The notes under the pieces were generated by a model. It ran no database searches and was not told the DNA's origin. It worked only from the letters and a program-made list of their open reading frames with translations. Shown here one piece after another: positions 15,800 to 30,492 of a stretch of 64,000 bases of DNA. Origin of the DNA: Octopus vulgaris (taxonomy: Eukaryota); contig OX597818.1 of assembly GCA_951406725.2 (NCBI GenBank), forward strand, positions 54,498,001 through 54,562,000. The letters run 5' to 3'. Within the stretch, counting starts at the first letter, position 1, and every line of letters starts with the position of its first letter. Position numbers and translations under genes: made by a program.

Positions 15800-16141
15800 A
15801 AAAAGCTCGCAATAAAATTATGTCGTTTTGTAAGAAATATCTTTTTGTTATTTCTTCCTTGTAAATTACAAAGAAAACTTTTTTGTCATCGGCGTCGTCC
15901 TAGCTGTAGTTCATTTTTCATTGGTTCATTTTTAACCATTAATTTTGAAGCATAACATCTCTTACAAATAACATGATAATGTTCACACAATATATAAATT
16001 AAATATGATGCGGAAGTTGTCATGTGTTGAATGACTTTTGTAGAATCACGTCCATAGTCAGTGAAATTGACGTTCAGTGGAGTGTCCTTTTTATTATCAA
16101 GTTGTGTGGGCACATTTTGTTAAAGTATCAACTTATATCAG
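15800..16141 (+). promoter_or_regulatory. Diverged orphan paralog of the caspase upstream region
   Basis: Collinear similarity to about 815-1123, e.g. TGTAGAATCACG.CCAT.GTCAGTGAAATTGACG.TCAG.GGA.TGTC.TTTTATTATCAAGTT. Ends at a Tc1 remnant. The regulatory role is inferred. Confidence 0.6.
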
Positions 16142-16615
16142 TCCCCCAGAACATCATTTGGCTCTGGAGGTGGTCCTTACGTCCTGCAGTAATTTGGGGA
16201 ACTGTACTTTTGTGATCCTTTCTAAAAATTCACGGAACAATCCGATGGTGCCCATCTGGAAGTTATAATTTTCTTCGGGTTTTGTTTCGATGAGGAGGTT
16301 TTCCCTCTTACTTTCGAGACACTACTTCTTGATACACCAAACATTTCGGCTGTTTCCGTTATACTAGCACCTGCCATCCGAGCACCGACAATTTTGACCT
16401 GTTTCATAGTCCGAGAGATCTGTCATTGCAATAAATTTTAATTACCTTTTTCTGATGATACCTGGAAAAAAACAGCAATTTTATTAAAACATATTAAGCA
16501 ACACTAATAACAAATCACAAAGCATAAAAATAATCAAGCTTTGACGGGTTTTATAGATATTTAAATATTATGATGCTATGATGCCAGGTGTTTCCATTAT
16601 TTTGTCCAACCCCTG
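16142..16615 (-). mobile_element. Tc1/mariner transposon 5' fragment
   Basis: Terminus TA-CAGGGGTTGGACAAAATAATGGAAACACC; transposase N-terminal HTH remnant IVGARMAGASITETAEMFGVSRSSVSKV..GKTSSSKQN. Confidence 0.75.
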
Positions 16616-16650
16616 TATATAAATACATATATACATATATATATATATAT

Positions 16651-16737
<87 letters not shown>

Positions 16738-16740
<3 letters not shown>

Positions 16741-17362
16741 ATAATTAAAAATGAGGGTGTCTGAGAGACACCACCATGCCGAAATAGAAGTCGAAATTCT
16801 GACTATAAAAACCACGTTAAATGTTCATATCGTACAATGAGATAAGACAGAGGGACAAAATAGACAAGCAAAAGTTATTGAATAATTCAAGATCCAGGAT
16901 TTCTGGTTTTGCTTTAAATAAGCTTTACCGTCATCAATTGAATATATCAAGAATGCATAAATACAGTTATATACATGCAGAACAAACGATATACTTACAT
17001 ATACGAACGTCCATACATAAATACATATGTACGTATGCACATGGCCAGTTAAATTGCCCGCCAAAACACCCCATAAGCACGATATGGTTAAAATAAACAC
17101 CGCAGTGAATATAATAACTAATTATATAAATTTATATATGAGGATAATATCGATATTTAAGTATCAATATCATCAAGTGGCCAGCATGGAAAAAATTACC
17201 GTACAAAGGTAATAGTTTTTTACAATTAAAAATGAGGGTGTCTGAGAGACACCACCATGCCGAAATAGCAGTCGAAATTATTACCTTTGTACGGTATTTT
17301 TTCCATGCTGGCCACTTGATAATATTGATACTTAAATATCGATATTATCCTCATATATAAAT
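16738..17362. repeat. (AT)n-flanked element with a direct repeat (16740-16800 / 17224-17278) and an inverted repeat (17130-17214 / 17279-17362)
   Basis: Repeats are read directly. The duplicated CTGAGAGA...GAAATAG.AGTC motif resembles a decayed hammerhead, so this is probably a PLE terminal-repeat remnant. Confidence 0.65.
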
Positions 17363-17421
17363 ATATATACTTATATATATTTGCATATGTGTAATAATAT
17401 ATGTGTGTGTATATATGTGTA

Positions 17422-18684
<1,263 letters not shown>

Positions 18685-18687
<3 letters not shown>

Positions 18688-19141
18688 AAAGTTGGTTTGT
18701 GAAAGCACGTGGTTGAATATATAGAAAATAGTAAAAAGTGAAAAAACTACAGAAGGCTTGTTTTAAAACGTTAAAAATATATATTTGAGTCAATATGTCT
18801 GAAGAATATTATAAATTTTTTTCTTACAATGACATAGTTTAAAAGAAAGACCGGTTTCGCGTTTAGCTTTTCAAATTTCTTACATCGTTATGTTTATGTT
18901 GAGAAGAGTGATCGTTATGTTTATGTTGTAAAGAGTTCTAGATAAGGGGAGGTAATGAGTGATTTCTTCCGGTGTAAGGGAGATAATCGCTTAAAATTTT
19001 GTTCCTTTTCCGGTCTTTCTTCTAAACTATGTCATTGTAAGAAAAAAATTTATAATATTCTTCATACATATTGACTCAAATATATATTTTTAACCTTTTA
19101 AAACATGCCTTCTGTAGTTTTTTCACTTTTTACTATTTTCT
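18685..19141. repeat. Fold-back element with ~130-bp inverted arms (18723-18854 / 19009-19141)
   Basis: Reverse-complement match read directly; degenerate hammerhead TTGAAAA-GC..GC-GAAACCGGTC on the minus strand. Confidence 0.85.
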
Positions 19142-19144
19142 CTC

Positions 19145-19244
<100 letters not shown>

Positions 19245-19429
19245 TATAAATTTGACGTGAGTGATTCTTTCTTGTATATTTTCTTGTCTTGGGATTCACG
19301 GTCAATCGGCTGGGTGGAATTGAGCTAAAAATTACACAGGTGTGCAGAATGATCCGGTGGCAACCCTGGCTTTGTATTTTTTCATAGATCTCATGGTTAC
19401 CGTGATAATCTACTATAATAATACTCTTG

Positions 19430-20225
19430 TGTTTATGAATGATACAGGAAGGAGTGATAGATGAATAAGGAAGGAAGGGTTAATTTCATACTAGGTAGTG
19501 GGATGATGAAAATTGTAGGCTGAAAAAATAAATCAAACAGCATTTCAACTCTGTGTGAATATGCGAGTGTATGTAAAAGGTGGGTATGTGAATGTGTGTT
19601 TGTGTGTGTGTGTGCGTGTGTGTGTGTGCTCAATGGAAGTGGGATGCTGAACAGTCAACACTGAAAAGAAAAATCAAACAGCGTTTCAACTCTGTGCATT
19701 TGGTATTTACTTGCCAGCTCCCTTATTTAGTCACTGCCAGGTTTATCTGGCCTTAAGTCGGACAAGAAAGAAGGAAAACTTTAAACTTCTTTTGAAGGAA
19801 ACAAACAGTCAAGGGATGTTAGTTGTGGGTAGATTTTTCACTGGTTTTGTAGTAAAAGAATTATTGAAGTAAAAACTTGGTTTTGTACCTTATCTACTAT
19901 AATAATACTATTGTGTTTTTCTCCGTCACAACATATGAATGAAAAAGGAAGGAATGATAGATAAAAAGAGAGGAGTGATGGCAAAATACATAGTGGGGTG
20001 ATGGAAACTGTACGGTGAGAAAGAAAACTCACACAGCGTTTCAACTCTGTGTCTTTGGTATTTACTTACCAGCTCTTCTATTTGGTCACAGCCAGCATTA
20101 TATGGCTTGAAGTCGGACAAGAGGGAAGGAGAACTTTCAAATTCTTTGGAAGGAAACAAGCAGTCAAATTATGTTAGTTGCAGATAGATTTTTCACAAAA
20201 GAAATTTAGTAATAAAAGAACTATT
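19430..20225. repeat. Diverged tandem duplication (19670-19860 matches 20025-20225, partial third copy near 19430-19555)
   Basis: Recurrent CAGCGTTTCAACTCTGTG..TTTGGTATTTACTT.CCAGCTC and AGTCGGACAAGA...GAAGGAAACAA.CAGTCAA. Confidence 0.7.
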
Positions 20226-20939
20226 AAGCCAAAATTTTGTATCCGATTATTTATAGTCAAGTGCTTGCTATTGCATAGCAATATCGCAATTGAGTATTAT
20301 GTATGGAGGTGGGTAAATTAGGAATTTACCCAGGATTTATACGGCAAATAAGATAATGGAGGGGATATACAATCGAAAGACATCAACCAACACCCATCTT
20401 TTATTATTCATTGGTTTCTATATTTTATATATATGTGTGTTTGTATATATATATGTTTATGCAGTTATTTACTGTTTCCATTCGTTAATTTGTATCCCTC
20501 TTGCATATGTGTGTAATAATTTAATAAATAGACATAATTGAATGTTTGCTGATTGATGTCTGTCGATTGTATATCGCCTTCATTTTCTTATTTCCCGTGT
20601 ATATATATATATATATATATAAAATGAAATACACATTGTGTACAGGGCATCACCATCGAGTGAAAAATACGTAAACATACGAGAGAAAAATACAAAATAG
20701 CAAAAGAAGATAACTCCACATCTGTTGTCGGTCTGTTTATTAATCCTGTTTCATGCTTTTAACGATAACGTAGGAAACCTTCATAAAACATAAGCAGCAT
20801 CCTGAAATTTGTGGAGAATCAGAGCTTCGAACGAACGAACGAACGAATACACAGTGGACGTGCAGAGTAGACAAACGACGGAGACGGACATTAAGGGTCG
20901 TTAGGCCAACACGAATTGCAATGAGCAACGCTTGAGATA

Positions 20940-21350
20940 TATATGTGTGTATGTGTGTGTGTTTGCGCCTGTGTGTGTATGTGTCTGTGTGTGTGTGTGT
21001 GTGTGTGTGTATGTTATATATGTACATATCTATATAAAGAGATAAGTATGAGTGTGTGTGTGTGTGCGTATGTGTGTGTGTGCGCCTGTGTCGGTGTGTG
21101 TGTGTGTGTGCGCTTGTGTGTGTGTGTGTATGTTATATATGTACATATCTATATAAAGAGATAAGTATGAGTGTGTGTGTGCGTGTGTATGTGTGTGTAT
21201 GCGCCTGTGTCTGTGTCTGTGTGTGTGTGTGTGTGTGTGCGCGCGCTTGTGTGCTTGCGTATGTATGTTATATATGTACATATCTATATAAAGAGATAAG
21301 TATGAGTGTGTGTGTGTGTGTATGTGTGTGTGTGCGCCTGTGTCTGTGTC

Positions 21351-21381
<31 letters not shown>

Positions 21382-21463
21382 TTGTGTGTGTATGTTATAT
21401 ATGTACATATCTATATAAAGAGATAAGTATGAGTGTGTGTGTGTGTGTATGTGTGTGTGTGCG

Positions 21464-21518
<55 letters not shown>

Positions 21519-21688
21519 TTGTGTGTGTATGTTATATATGTACATATCTATATAAAGAGATAAGTATGAGTGTGTGTGTGTGTGCGTATGTGTGTGTGTG
21601 CGCCTGTGTCGGTGTGTGTGTTTGTGTGCGCTTGTGTGCTTGTGTGTGTATGTTATATATGTACATATCTATATAAAGAGATAAGTAT

Positions 21689-21727
<39 letters not shown>

Positions 21728-21750
21728 TGAGTGAGTGTGTGTATGTGTGT
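20940..21750. repeat. Composite minisatellite: six copies of a ~45-bp core separated by variable (GT)n
   Basis: GTATGTTATATATGTACATATCTATATAAAGAGATAAGTATGAG near 21009, 21128, 21263, 21390, 21527 and 21648; a single copy in unit 1 (about 686-729). Confidence 0.9.
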
Positions 21751-22357
21751 GTGTTCAGTTTCGTTATATGACTGGACAAAACCTAGCAATGATTTTATAT
21801 CGTTTTCTCAGAAAATATTTGTGTTATTTCTTTCTTCGAAATTGCATAGAAAACTTCCTTGTCATCTCTCATTGGTTCATACGTAACCATGATTATTGAA
21901 GCATAACGTATAACAGAGATAATATCATATATATAGCATAGAAAATAAATAAGACGCAGAAGTAGTCTTGCGTTGAGTGACTATTGTAGAATCACGCCCA
22001 TCGTCAGTGAAATTGACGCTCAGCGGACTGTCTTTTTATTATCAAGTTCTATGTGGACATTTGCTTAATTATCAACTGATCTCAGCATTTAAATATTGAT
22101 TTAACCCAGGAGTACGTTCATCAAACTACATCTTTTATCCTACAAATTCTTATCTTATATTAATTAATACTTTTTTGAATAATCGCATGTGTTATCCGCA
22201 CCATCAGGATCATTTTAACCGCTATTTCTGAGCTGAACAAAGGGAAAAACCGAGGTAATAAATCGTTATTTTCCGTTCCTCAAATTTTGCAAAAATATTT
22301 CACGGCTTAAAGTTGTACTGCTACATTTCGGCTGCTTTATAGATATTCCGCTCAACC

Positions 22358-23230
22358 ATGGACTACGTAGATGCACAACGTGTTGAAGGTATATATTTTA
22401 AAGAGAAAGATCCCGATTCACAACCCCAAGATGTTGAAATGGTGTCTGTTGAAGAAAATAGCGAATCTATAAATGCCAGATATGACATGGATCGTAACAA
22501 AGAGAATCTGGCTTTAATAATCAACAATGAAAGTTTCGACGATACGACTAAAATGTCTAAACGACAAGGATCCGAAAGAGATGCATCAGCAATTAAACAC
22601 ACATTGGAGTCGTTGCATTTTAAGGTGATCGACCACAATAATTTATCAGTGAATAAGATGACAGAAATCTTTGCGGATATATCCAAGATGGAGCATACGA
22701 AGTATAACTGTTTCGTTTGTGTTATATTGACTCACGGTGAAGACGATAACCAGATTTATGGCACTGATAGCAAAGTAAAGCTGGATACTTTAGTAGAGAT
22801 GTTGCTTCCTGAGAGATGTCCGAGCTTAATAGGTAAGCCAAAACTATTCTTCATACAAGCTTGTCGAGGAACAAAACTGGACAGCGGTGGTGATGTGCTC
22901 GGTGGAGCTAGCGTCGATGCTAGAGACATATATAAAAAAGTCACACCTCACAAAGTACCAGTTTGGGCCGACTTTCTTCTGGCTTATTCCACTGTCCCTG
23001 GATTTTACTCCTGGAGAAATTCTACTACTGGAACGTGGTTTATTCAGTCGTTAGCCCACATTTTGGAAAGAGACGGAGACCGACTTGAACTGCAGCACTT
23101 AATGCTTTCGGTAAATCGTAAGGTTGCCTATGAATATGAGTCTGACACTGATAAACCAGAGACGAATGGAATGAAACAAGTTCCTTCCATAGTGAGCATG
23201 TTAACAAAACAATTATACTTTTACAAGTAA
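22358..23230 (+). CDS. Caspase-3/7-like executioner caspase, copy 3 (290 aa, single-exon CDS)
   Basis: Intact ORF with THG, canonical QACRG, YSWRN and KQVP motifs; ACCATGG start. Confidence 0.95.
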   Translation: MDYVDAQRVEGIYFKEKDPDSQPQDVEMVSVEENSESINARYDMDRNKENLALIINNESFDDTTKMSKRQGSERDASAIKHTLESLHFKVIDHNNLSVNKMTEIFADISKMEHTKYNCFVCVILTHGEDDNQIYGTDSKVKLDTLVEMLLPERCPSLIGKPKLFFIQACRGTKLDSGGDVLGGASVDARDIYKKVTPHKVPVWADFLLAYSTVPGFYSWRNSTTGTWFIQSLAHILERDGDRLELQHLMLSVNRKVAYEYESDTDKPETNGMKQVPSIVSMLTKQLYFYK

Positions 23231-23816
23231 AATCTTCGGTTAACATACGTTCTCCCAATCTCCCCTCAATTCATGTATTTATATATGTATATATAAAACA
23301 ACTTATAAGCAAGGGCAAAGGAAAAAATTCCTATGTCAAATATTCCGAAAATAGACAAAATATCAATAACCATATAATTTATCACAATAAATGTATGTAT
23401 ACATCTATTCATGCATACCTACATACATACATACATACATACATACATACATACATACATACATACATACATACATACGTACATACATACATACATACAT
23501 AAGCTTTTTCCCCGTTTTCTGTTCTGTTGTCAGAACTTGGTATTTCGTTTAATAGTAATATTTTTTGCGTACATCAAAATTTATTTCCTGTAATATTTGA
23601 GAGTGAGCCTTGCAGCCGGTCCTTTGTAAACTTAGTATTCTACTGTTGAGGATTATAACACGGCTTTGCAAAGTTTCCATTATAACACTGATAAAACATG
23701 AAATTTACTAAACTCTACTACTTTACTAAATCTTTGACTTTCCGAACATTTTCGCTGAAATAATTAGAATGCTGTAAAAGTATAACATTCATAATTCGGT
23801 TTATTCTTAATATTAA

Positions 23817-23875
<59 letters not shown>

Positions 23876-25162
23876 TATATATCACATTGATATTTCTACT
23901 TCTCCGTTTTCAGTTCTTTTCTGAGAACTTATTTTGTTTGATTGTAATATTGTTTTTATGTTCATCAAAATTTATTCAGTAACATATGACAGAGAACTGA
24001 CAACATTGGTAATTTGATTTTAATTCTCAATATAAATGGCAGAAACTATTATTTCCTTGTTCAATTGTTGTCCAGTGGACTTATAATAAAATTACATTGT
24101 AACCATGAACATCCTTTTTCGTTATTTTTATTAAGACTTCATCGCTTTATACGGTCTTTGAATTCTTAACACTGTTGGCTGTTATTTCAGAGTTGTTTGA
24201 TTGCTACATCGACATTTCTTCAGTTTCTCACCAGTCACCACTACTGCACTTACGTTTATAACCTGTTAGCAATTTCACTTTTTTTTCTGATCGATTTACC
24301 TAATTAACAACACCTTACGCCGGCTGCAAGGTAAAGAATTTTTCAACCAAATGTCGCAGGCGCAGATTGAGCTACGATTCAAGAGTCAAAGATTGCCAAT
24401 AATACGATGACTAAGACTTTGTTAAAACTGCAAGGCTGAAGAACCATGCTCAAGAACTAGCGATAAATTTAAGAACAGCTGCGCAAGATATCATTGCTGA
24501 CTAATACAAGATTGGAAATAGTGTTTCTATTTACACTGCTTAGATAATGTGTCAGGATAAATTCATGCAGGGCTTGGAAATTAAGAGCCATTCATCAGTT
24601 TTTGACTGGAATCTCTTCGACCAAATTGTAACCGTGGAATGTTTCCTCTGAAATCTTGATCGATTCAAAAGTAAAAACAGAGAATACAGTGGATATACGA
24701 TCTTAAGAAAAACTCGAGATAAAAGAGAATCTTTGATAGATATAAAGACTGGAGCGGGAGTGCGTGGCCAAGCGGTTAGTTAGTTGTACCCACGAGTTCA
24801 AAATCATGGTTTCGATTCTAGGACCGGGCAGTGTGTGGTGTTATTGAGAAAAACACTTCATTTCTTACTGTGTCAGTCCACTCGGTCGTAAATGAGTAAC
24901 CCTGTGACGGACTTGAATCCTGTTGAGGAAGAATGTTGCGATTTCGGTTACAGAAACGCTGTGGAATCGGCTAACCCGACACGTGAATCCGAAGATCTCG
25001 AGACAGTAATTATTTGCACCTGCAAAAGGAAAAAGAGAAAACATTCAAAGAAAACACTCCAGTGCAGCGAGGTGGCCACCGACTACCCGTCAACACAAGC
25101 CAACAAAACGACTGCATTCACATACTTTTATCTGGCAACGCTCACTGTATTTATGTATTATA

Positions 25163-25196
<34 letters not shown>

Positions 25197-26221
25197 CTCT
25201 CTCTTTCTTTCTCTCTCTCTCTCTTTCTTTCTTTCTCTCTCACTCACTGTCTTTCTTCCTCGCTCTCTCCGATGAAGCTATATGGTGTTAGTCCCGTACT
25301 CAACTATGACTCCATTGCATCCGATAGCAGAAACGACTGTAAGTTTCTGCAGTTCATAAGATAATTCTCTATTCTTTTGTCATCTCATTTTCTTCTTGCA
25401 ATTCTGTACTCGACGAACTCTTCGTCATGATGCAGATGTATATTGAGCTCTGCACCCGGTTATCCAAGAAATGAAAGAAGGTAAATCCACATCGGGTAAC
25501 ACCAAACCAAATTTCAGCTTTCCCCTTCTACCAGTGCAAAGATACAATTTCTATACAAGGACGTTTAAATAAAGGAAATTCAATCATCGAAAAATACAGA
25601 ACACGTCTAAATATGAAAGCATAACCAACTTTAATCTCTATACATATTTCAATTCATGGTCACATACACATCACTGTACATTTTTCTTCCCACTACTCTA
25701 GTTTTTGAAATTTTGTGCATGTATATATTTCCCCATCACCACCGAAAGATGAACAAATATCTCCCCTGTCCACAATATTAATAATTACCTCCCCGTAGAT
25801 TTTTCTACTTCTTGAATCATTCATAAATTCCACACACATGGACAAAAAAAATTGTGTGAAGAAAATAAGTACCTAAATAAGATTTAATGTCATGATTAGC
25901 GAAAGCGACACCGGTTGACAAACACAATATAAGATATATTAAAAATTATATGAAACCTATGTGAAGTGTGGGGATTTTCTTTCTTTAAATTCTTGTTTAT
26001 ATTACAACTCACCACGTAGGGATAATCGAAACTCTTCCCTTTCTTTTTCTTATCCATGTATATGTATGTATGTATACATATATATATGTATGAGCAACTA
26101 TCTCGCCTGTCCACAGGGGATATACGCACACTAACTCACGCATATATACCTATAAATACATATATACAGACATACATATAGATATTAAATAAGCTGCTTA
26201 CCACACAGCCAATACATATAT

Positions 26222-26277
<56 letters not shown>

Positions 26278-26419
26278 AAGCTTGCCCTATTTTATAAGGA
26301 GTCCATGGCTCAAAATAGTATATGTTTTGAACAGGGTTTGATTGGTAAAGGATAGTCACATGATTGGTCTTGGAAATGTTTGTAGGTTCCCTGCTTCGTA
26401 CGTGAGTTAGCATATATTT

Positions 26420-26845
26420 ACTGACCATATATCGGGGGGATCCCAAGTGGCCTCCTGTATGGGGAAGCGGCCACCAACACATGAACACGAGGACGACTTC
26501 ATGTTCGTTTGAAGGACGTCAGCTGGAAATATATGAAGTCGCTTGATCAGGACGTCCAGAGATGGGAGAAGATCGCAAATGATCACCCACACTGGAAAAA
26601 AATGCTGCAAAAAGGTATAAAGCGAGGGGAAAAAACTGGAATTTGTCACCAAGGAAAAGCGCACTTCACGGATGGGAAAACCAGTAGCGCTGGTAGAGAG
26701 CTTCTTCAAATACAGTCGCTGTATGTGTGACTGCCGTTCCCGTGTGGTCCTCAATAACCACAGCAGAAGCTGCACCATCTTCGCCAGCTGACACGAATTC
26801 TTCTGGCGCAGATCCATGGCCTCTCGAGATCGACGGGTGCCTACT
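26420..26845 (+). mobile_element. Degraded RTE-clade LINE 3' fragment
   Basis: LLYGE..., KDV..YMKSL, C-terminal C..DCRSRV.L.NHSRSC and tail CCATGGCCTCTCGAGATCGACGGGTGCCTACT, paralleling the RTE at 28495. Confidence 0.65.
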
Positions 26846-26850
26846 ATATA

Positions 26851-27056
26851 CAGGGTGCTACGGGCAAATTGTCGCCATTTATATATACTTTTAATTTGGT
26901 GCATGTGCATTGCTTGTTTTGGAGTTTGTCGACTGCACACCATAGTATGCTCAGCTGGGTAACTTCTGTGAGAAAAACAGCAACATGATGCAATTCACTC
27001 TGCCAGTAATTTGGAAACAAAGTGCTTTACTGCTTGGCATTCACGCCGGAAGTACC

Positions 27057-27059
<3 letters not shown>
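26851..27059. mobile_element. Possible mariner-derived MITE
   Basis: TA-flanked, with imperfect TIRs CAGGGTGCTACGGGC / CAGGGTACTTCCGGC. Confidence 0.45.
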
Positions 27060-27112
<53 letters not shown>

Positions 27113-27335
27113 CGCTAAGATAAGTATCTATGTAAATATTGTTGTTTATGTAATGATCTAATTATCGTAATTTTCTATATAATTATTAGATATTAAATTT
27201 AAGTCTATTCGTAAGATATTACTTAGCGATAGATATGTTGTTTGATAGCAAGATTACAAGTTGTCTAAAGTTAGATTTATGTATATACATGTATTAATAG
27301 TATTAATTGTACTTTTAAATTTCTTATAATTAAAA

Positions 27336-27400
27336 TTAGATAAACTTAGATATGTTTCGACCAAAGATTGGTCCAGGCCATGTCTAACTTAATAGCATAA
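27336..27400 (-). mobile_element. Short 3' tail of the CR1/L2-group LINE seen at 34830-35737 (another copy at 45853-45930)
   Basis: Reverse complement of GTTAGACATGGCCTGGACCAATCTTTGGTCGAAACATATCTAAGTTTATCT. Confidence 0.75.
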
Positions 27401-27960
27401 CTTAGTTATTGTCTTTTTAAATTGATATTTGCCATTGATAAATATATTTATAGTATTTATAGTATTTATTCGATACTATATAACTACGAATTGATTATTT
27501 CTATAAGTATTTTAAATAAGATTTCCGAAAGTTCGTTTAAGTTTGTTTGTTTGTATTTTTGAATTTAGATATTTCAGCTTTAAATATAAAATATTAATTT
27601 ATTAGGTCTTTATTATATGTGCATATATATTTATTTATAGAGATTATTTTAGATCTTAATTATAATATTCATATACATTTATATATATCCATTGATAATT
27701 TTTTATATATAATAGTCATTTTTTTTAAATATTTATGTAATTAGATATAGACTATTACTGACATTAGATTATCGGTGGGTTTCTTACCTTAAAAATTAAA
27801 ATTAATATTTAACATTATAATCGATTTTGATATAATCATAATTATTAAATTTTAAGTTTCTAGTTTGATAATAGAGTTTATTATAAGTAAAATTATTATA
27901 TTATTTATATCTTTAAAATATTGTTTAAATATTTCTGATTATTTTAAAAATATTTCAATT

Positions 27961-28055
27961 AACCTGAAGATTGACTGTAACCATAACTCGAATTATTAAC
28001 TGAATTTAAATTATTGTTATTCGAATTGGTACAGCCATGAAACGATCGTAGTGTT
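27961..28055 (+). ncRNA. Type I hammerhead ribozyme motif with very long stem II, inside an AT-rich PLE-like terminus (about 27110-28480)
   Basis: aac-CTGAAGA-TTGACTGTAACCA..TCGAAT...ATTCGA..TGGTACAGCCAT-GAAAC-GATC-GTA-gtgtt; palindromic stem III ACGATCGT. Confidence 0.65.
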
Positions 28056-28494
28056 TTACTCTTTATCTTTTATTAAACTTTTAATACTTTTGATATTTAT
28101 ATAAAAAAATAAAAAAATAAAAAAATAGATAAATAAAAAAATAGATAAATAAAAAATAAAACAATAAAAAAAAAAAATTAATTATTAAACAAAATAATAT
28201 ATAAATATAAAAATATACATACTTATATATATATATTTGTGTATATATATATATATATATAATTTATAAGTTTAAATTATTTTAATAATCTTTTAATTTT
28301 TAACTTTTATATTTTTAAATTAATTTTATATATTGGCTTATGTTTTTCACTGTTTGATTTGCCTAATAGTGGTTTTATCTCTAATTTAAAATAATATAAT
28401 ATAATATATTTATACTATAAAATTGGATTTAATCCTAAATCTAATTTTTCCCTGTAAGTTTGAATTTATTCCCTAATATTATATATATATATAT

Positions 28495-30140
28495 ATCTCC
28501 CTGTCTGTCTTGATAGACAATGGGTTGCGCCAAGGGTGGGGCCTACTTTGATGATGTGCAGCGTCTGCTGTGACTGAACAGTCCAATTCTAGAGTGGCAG
28601 TCCTTGGTACAGTTGCTGCACACGAACATCGATGGGTACGTGTGGGGTGTTGCTGCAGTTGTCCTCCTCCTGTCCCGCCTGTCCAACCACAGCTGTGCTC
28701 TCCTCTCCTCAGCCATGGAAACGCCTTTCCTCACCGTCCGACGCCAGGCAGAGCGGTCAGCAGCTGTTTCCTCCCACGTGTCCACACAGATGTTGGCAGT
28801 CCTCAGGTCGCGCTTGCACACGTCCCTGTATCGTAGCTGTGGACGTCCCTTGGGTCGGGATCCCGTGGTGAGTTCGCTGTACAGGATGTCTTTAGGCATG
28901 CAACCGTCCTGCATGCGGCAGACGTGTCCAAGCCAGCGCAGTCGTCTCCGCACGAGGAGGGCATACATGCTTGGCATATTAGTCTGTTCCAGGATGACTC
29001 CGTTTGGTACTCGGTCCTTCCAGGAGATGCCAAGGATCCATCGAAGACACCGCATGTGGAAGCCGCTGAGGCGGCATTCCTGCCGGGTGTATGTTGTCCA
29101 GCTCTCGCTGCCGTAGAGTAGGGTGCTCAGCACGCAGGCTCGGTACACTACGATCTTGGTGGTTATTGTGAGCATGTTGTTTTCCCACACTCTCCTGGAG
29201 AGCTTAGCCATGGCAGCAGCAGCCTTCCCAATCCGTCTGTTCAGCTCCGGCTAGAGGGACAGGCTGCTGGAGACCGTCGATCCCAGGTAAGTGAACTCGT
29301 TCACCACCTGCAAGCTGTGGTCGCCGACACTGATGCTGGGGACCCCTCCGACGTCCTGGCCCATGATCTCTGTCTTTTTCAGGCTGATGGTAAGGCCGAA
29401 CTCTTGGCAGGCATCCGCCAGGGAGCTGACCAGCCTCTGGAGACCCGGTTGGTTGTGTGATGTTAGGGCGGTATCGTCAGCAAAGAGGATCTCTCTGATC
29501 AGCACCTGACGGACTTTGGTCTTAGCTCTGAGGCGCGCAAGATTGAACAATCCACCATCAGCCCTGGTGTGGAGGAACACTCCGTCGTCGGACGTTCTGA
29601 AGGCATAGGACAGGACAAGGGAGAAGAAAATTCCGAAGAGCGTCGGCGCCAGAACGCAACCCTGTTTCACTCCACTCTGGATGGGGAATGACTCCGAGGG
29701 CGATCCGTCAAACTGCACTGTTCCCTGCATACCGTCGTGAAAGGAGGTGATGAGTTTCAGCAGTCTGGGAGGGTAACCTATCCTACCCAGGAGCGCAAAC
29801 AGCCTGCTGACTGAGTCGAACGCCTTAGCCAGGTCGATGAAGGCCACGTATAGGGGCTGTCTCTGTTCTCGACTCTTTTCTTGAAGCTGCCTGAGTGAGA
29901 AGATCATGTCAATTGTAGACCTCTCTGCCCTAAAGCCAGACTGAGACTCGGGGTACACACGCTCTGCAAGTATTTGCAACCTCTTCAGGACCACCCTGGC
30001 AAAAGCCTTACCGACAGTGCTGAGCAGTGATATGCCCCTGTAATTATTGCAGTCGCTTCTGTCCCCTTTGTTTTTATACAGTGTGATGATGTTTGCGTCA
30101 CGCATATCCTTAGGGACAGAGCCCTCCTCCCAGCACTGAA
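28495..30140 (-). mobile_element. RTE-clade LINE, 5'-truncated (RT and C-terminus; ORFs 29251-30105 and 28543-29211)
   Basis: LYKNKGDRSDCNNYRGISLL, PESQSGFR..RSTIDMIF, AFIDLAKAFDSV, GVKQGCVLAPTLF, LFADD, FTYLGS, LLYGSESW, LRWLGHV, C-terminal C..C..H..C. In-frame TAG at 29251. Confidence 0.93.
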
Positions 30141-30431
30141 CGTAGTCGATGAGAGGTCTTATTTTAAATAAGGTATCAAAGTCTGGTTCTCCAGGTACTG
30201 GGTACTGCTTGTGTATCGCATATGTAAATACTGGTTCAGTTTCACAAATTGTGCCCCCATATATATATATATAGCCGAAATTGAGAAGATTATCTGATGC
30301 TTGACTGAGGAAAGAAAACTTCGAATGATCCGTCCTTATTTTCTTTGTATCGTCTATTTGGATGTTTTGTTGTCCCTTTTTGTATCACCTAGCTGTCCGG
30401 ATGTTTTGCGTTCTTGTCACATTTTGCATTT

Positions 30432-30492
<61 letters not shown>

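Larger units (their letters stand above)
20320..26090 (+). repeat. Caspase tandem-duplication unit 3 (may extend further 5')
   Basis: Collinear with 1-5280. Confidence 0.9.

Noticed and set aside
20940-21750. CRISPR-like repeat-spacer array
   Set aside because: Eukaryotic context, the spacers are (GT)n microsatellite, and there are no cas genes.
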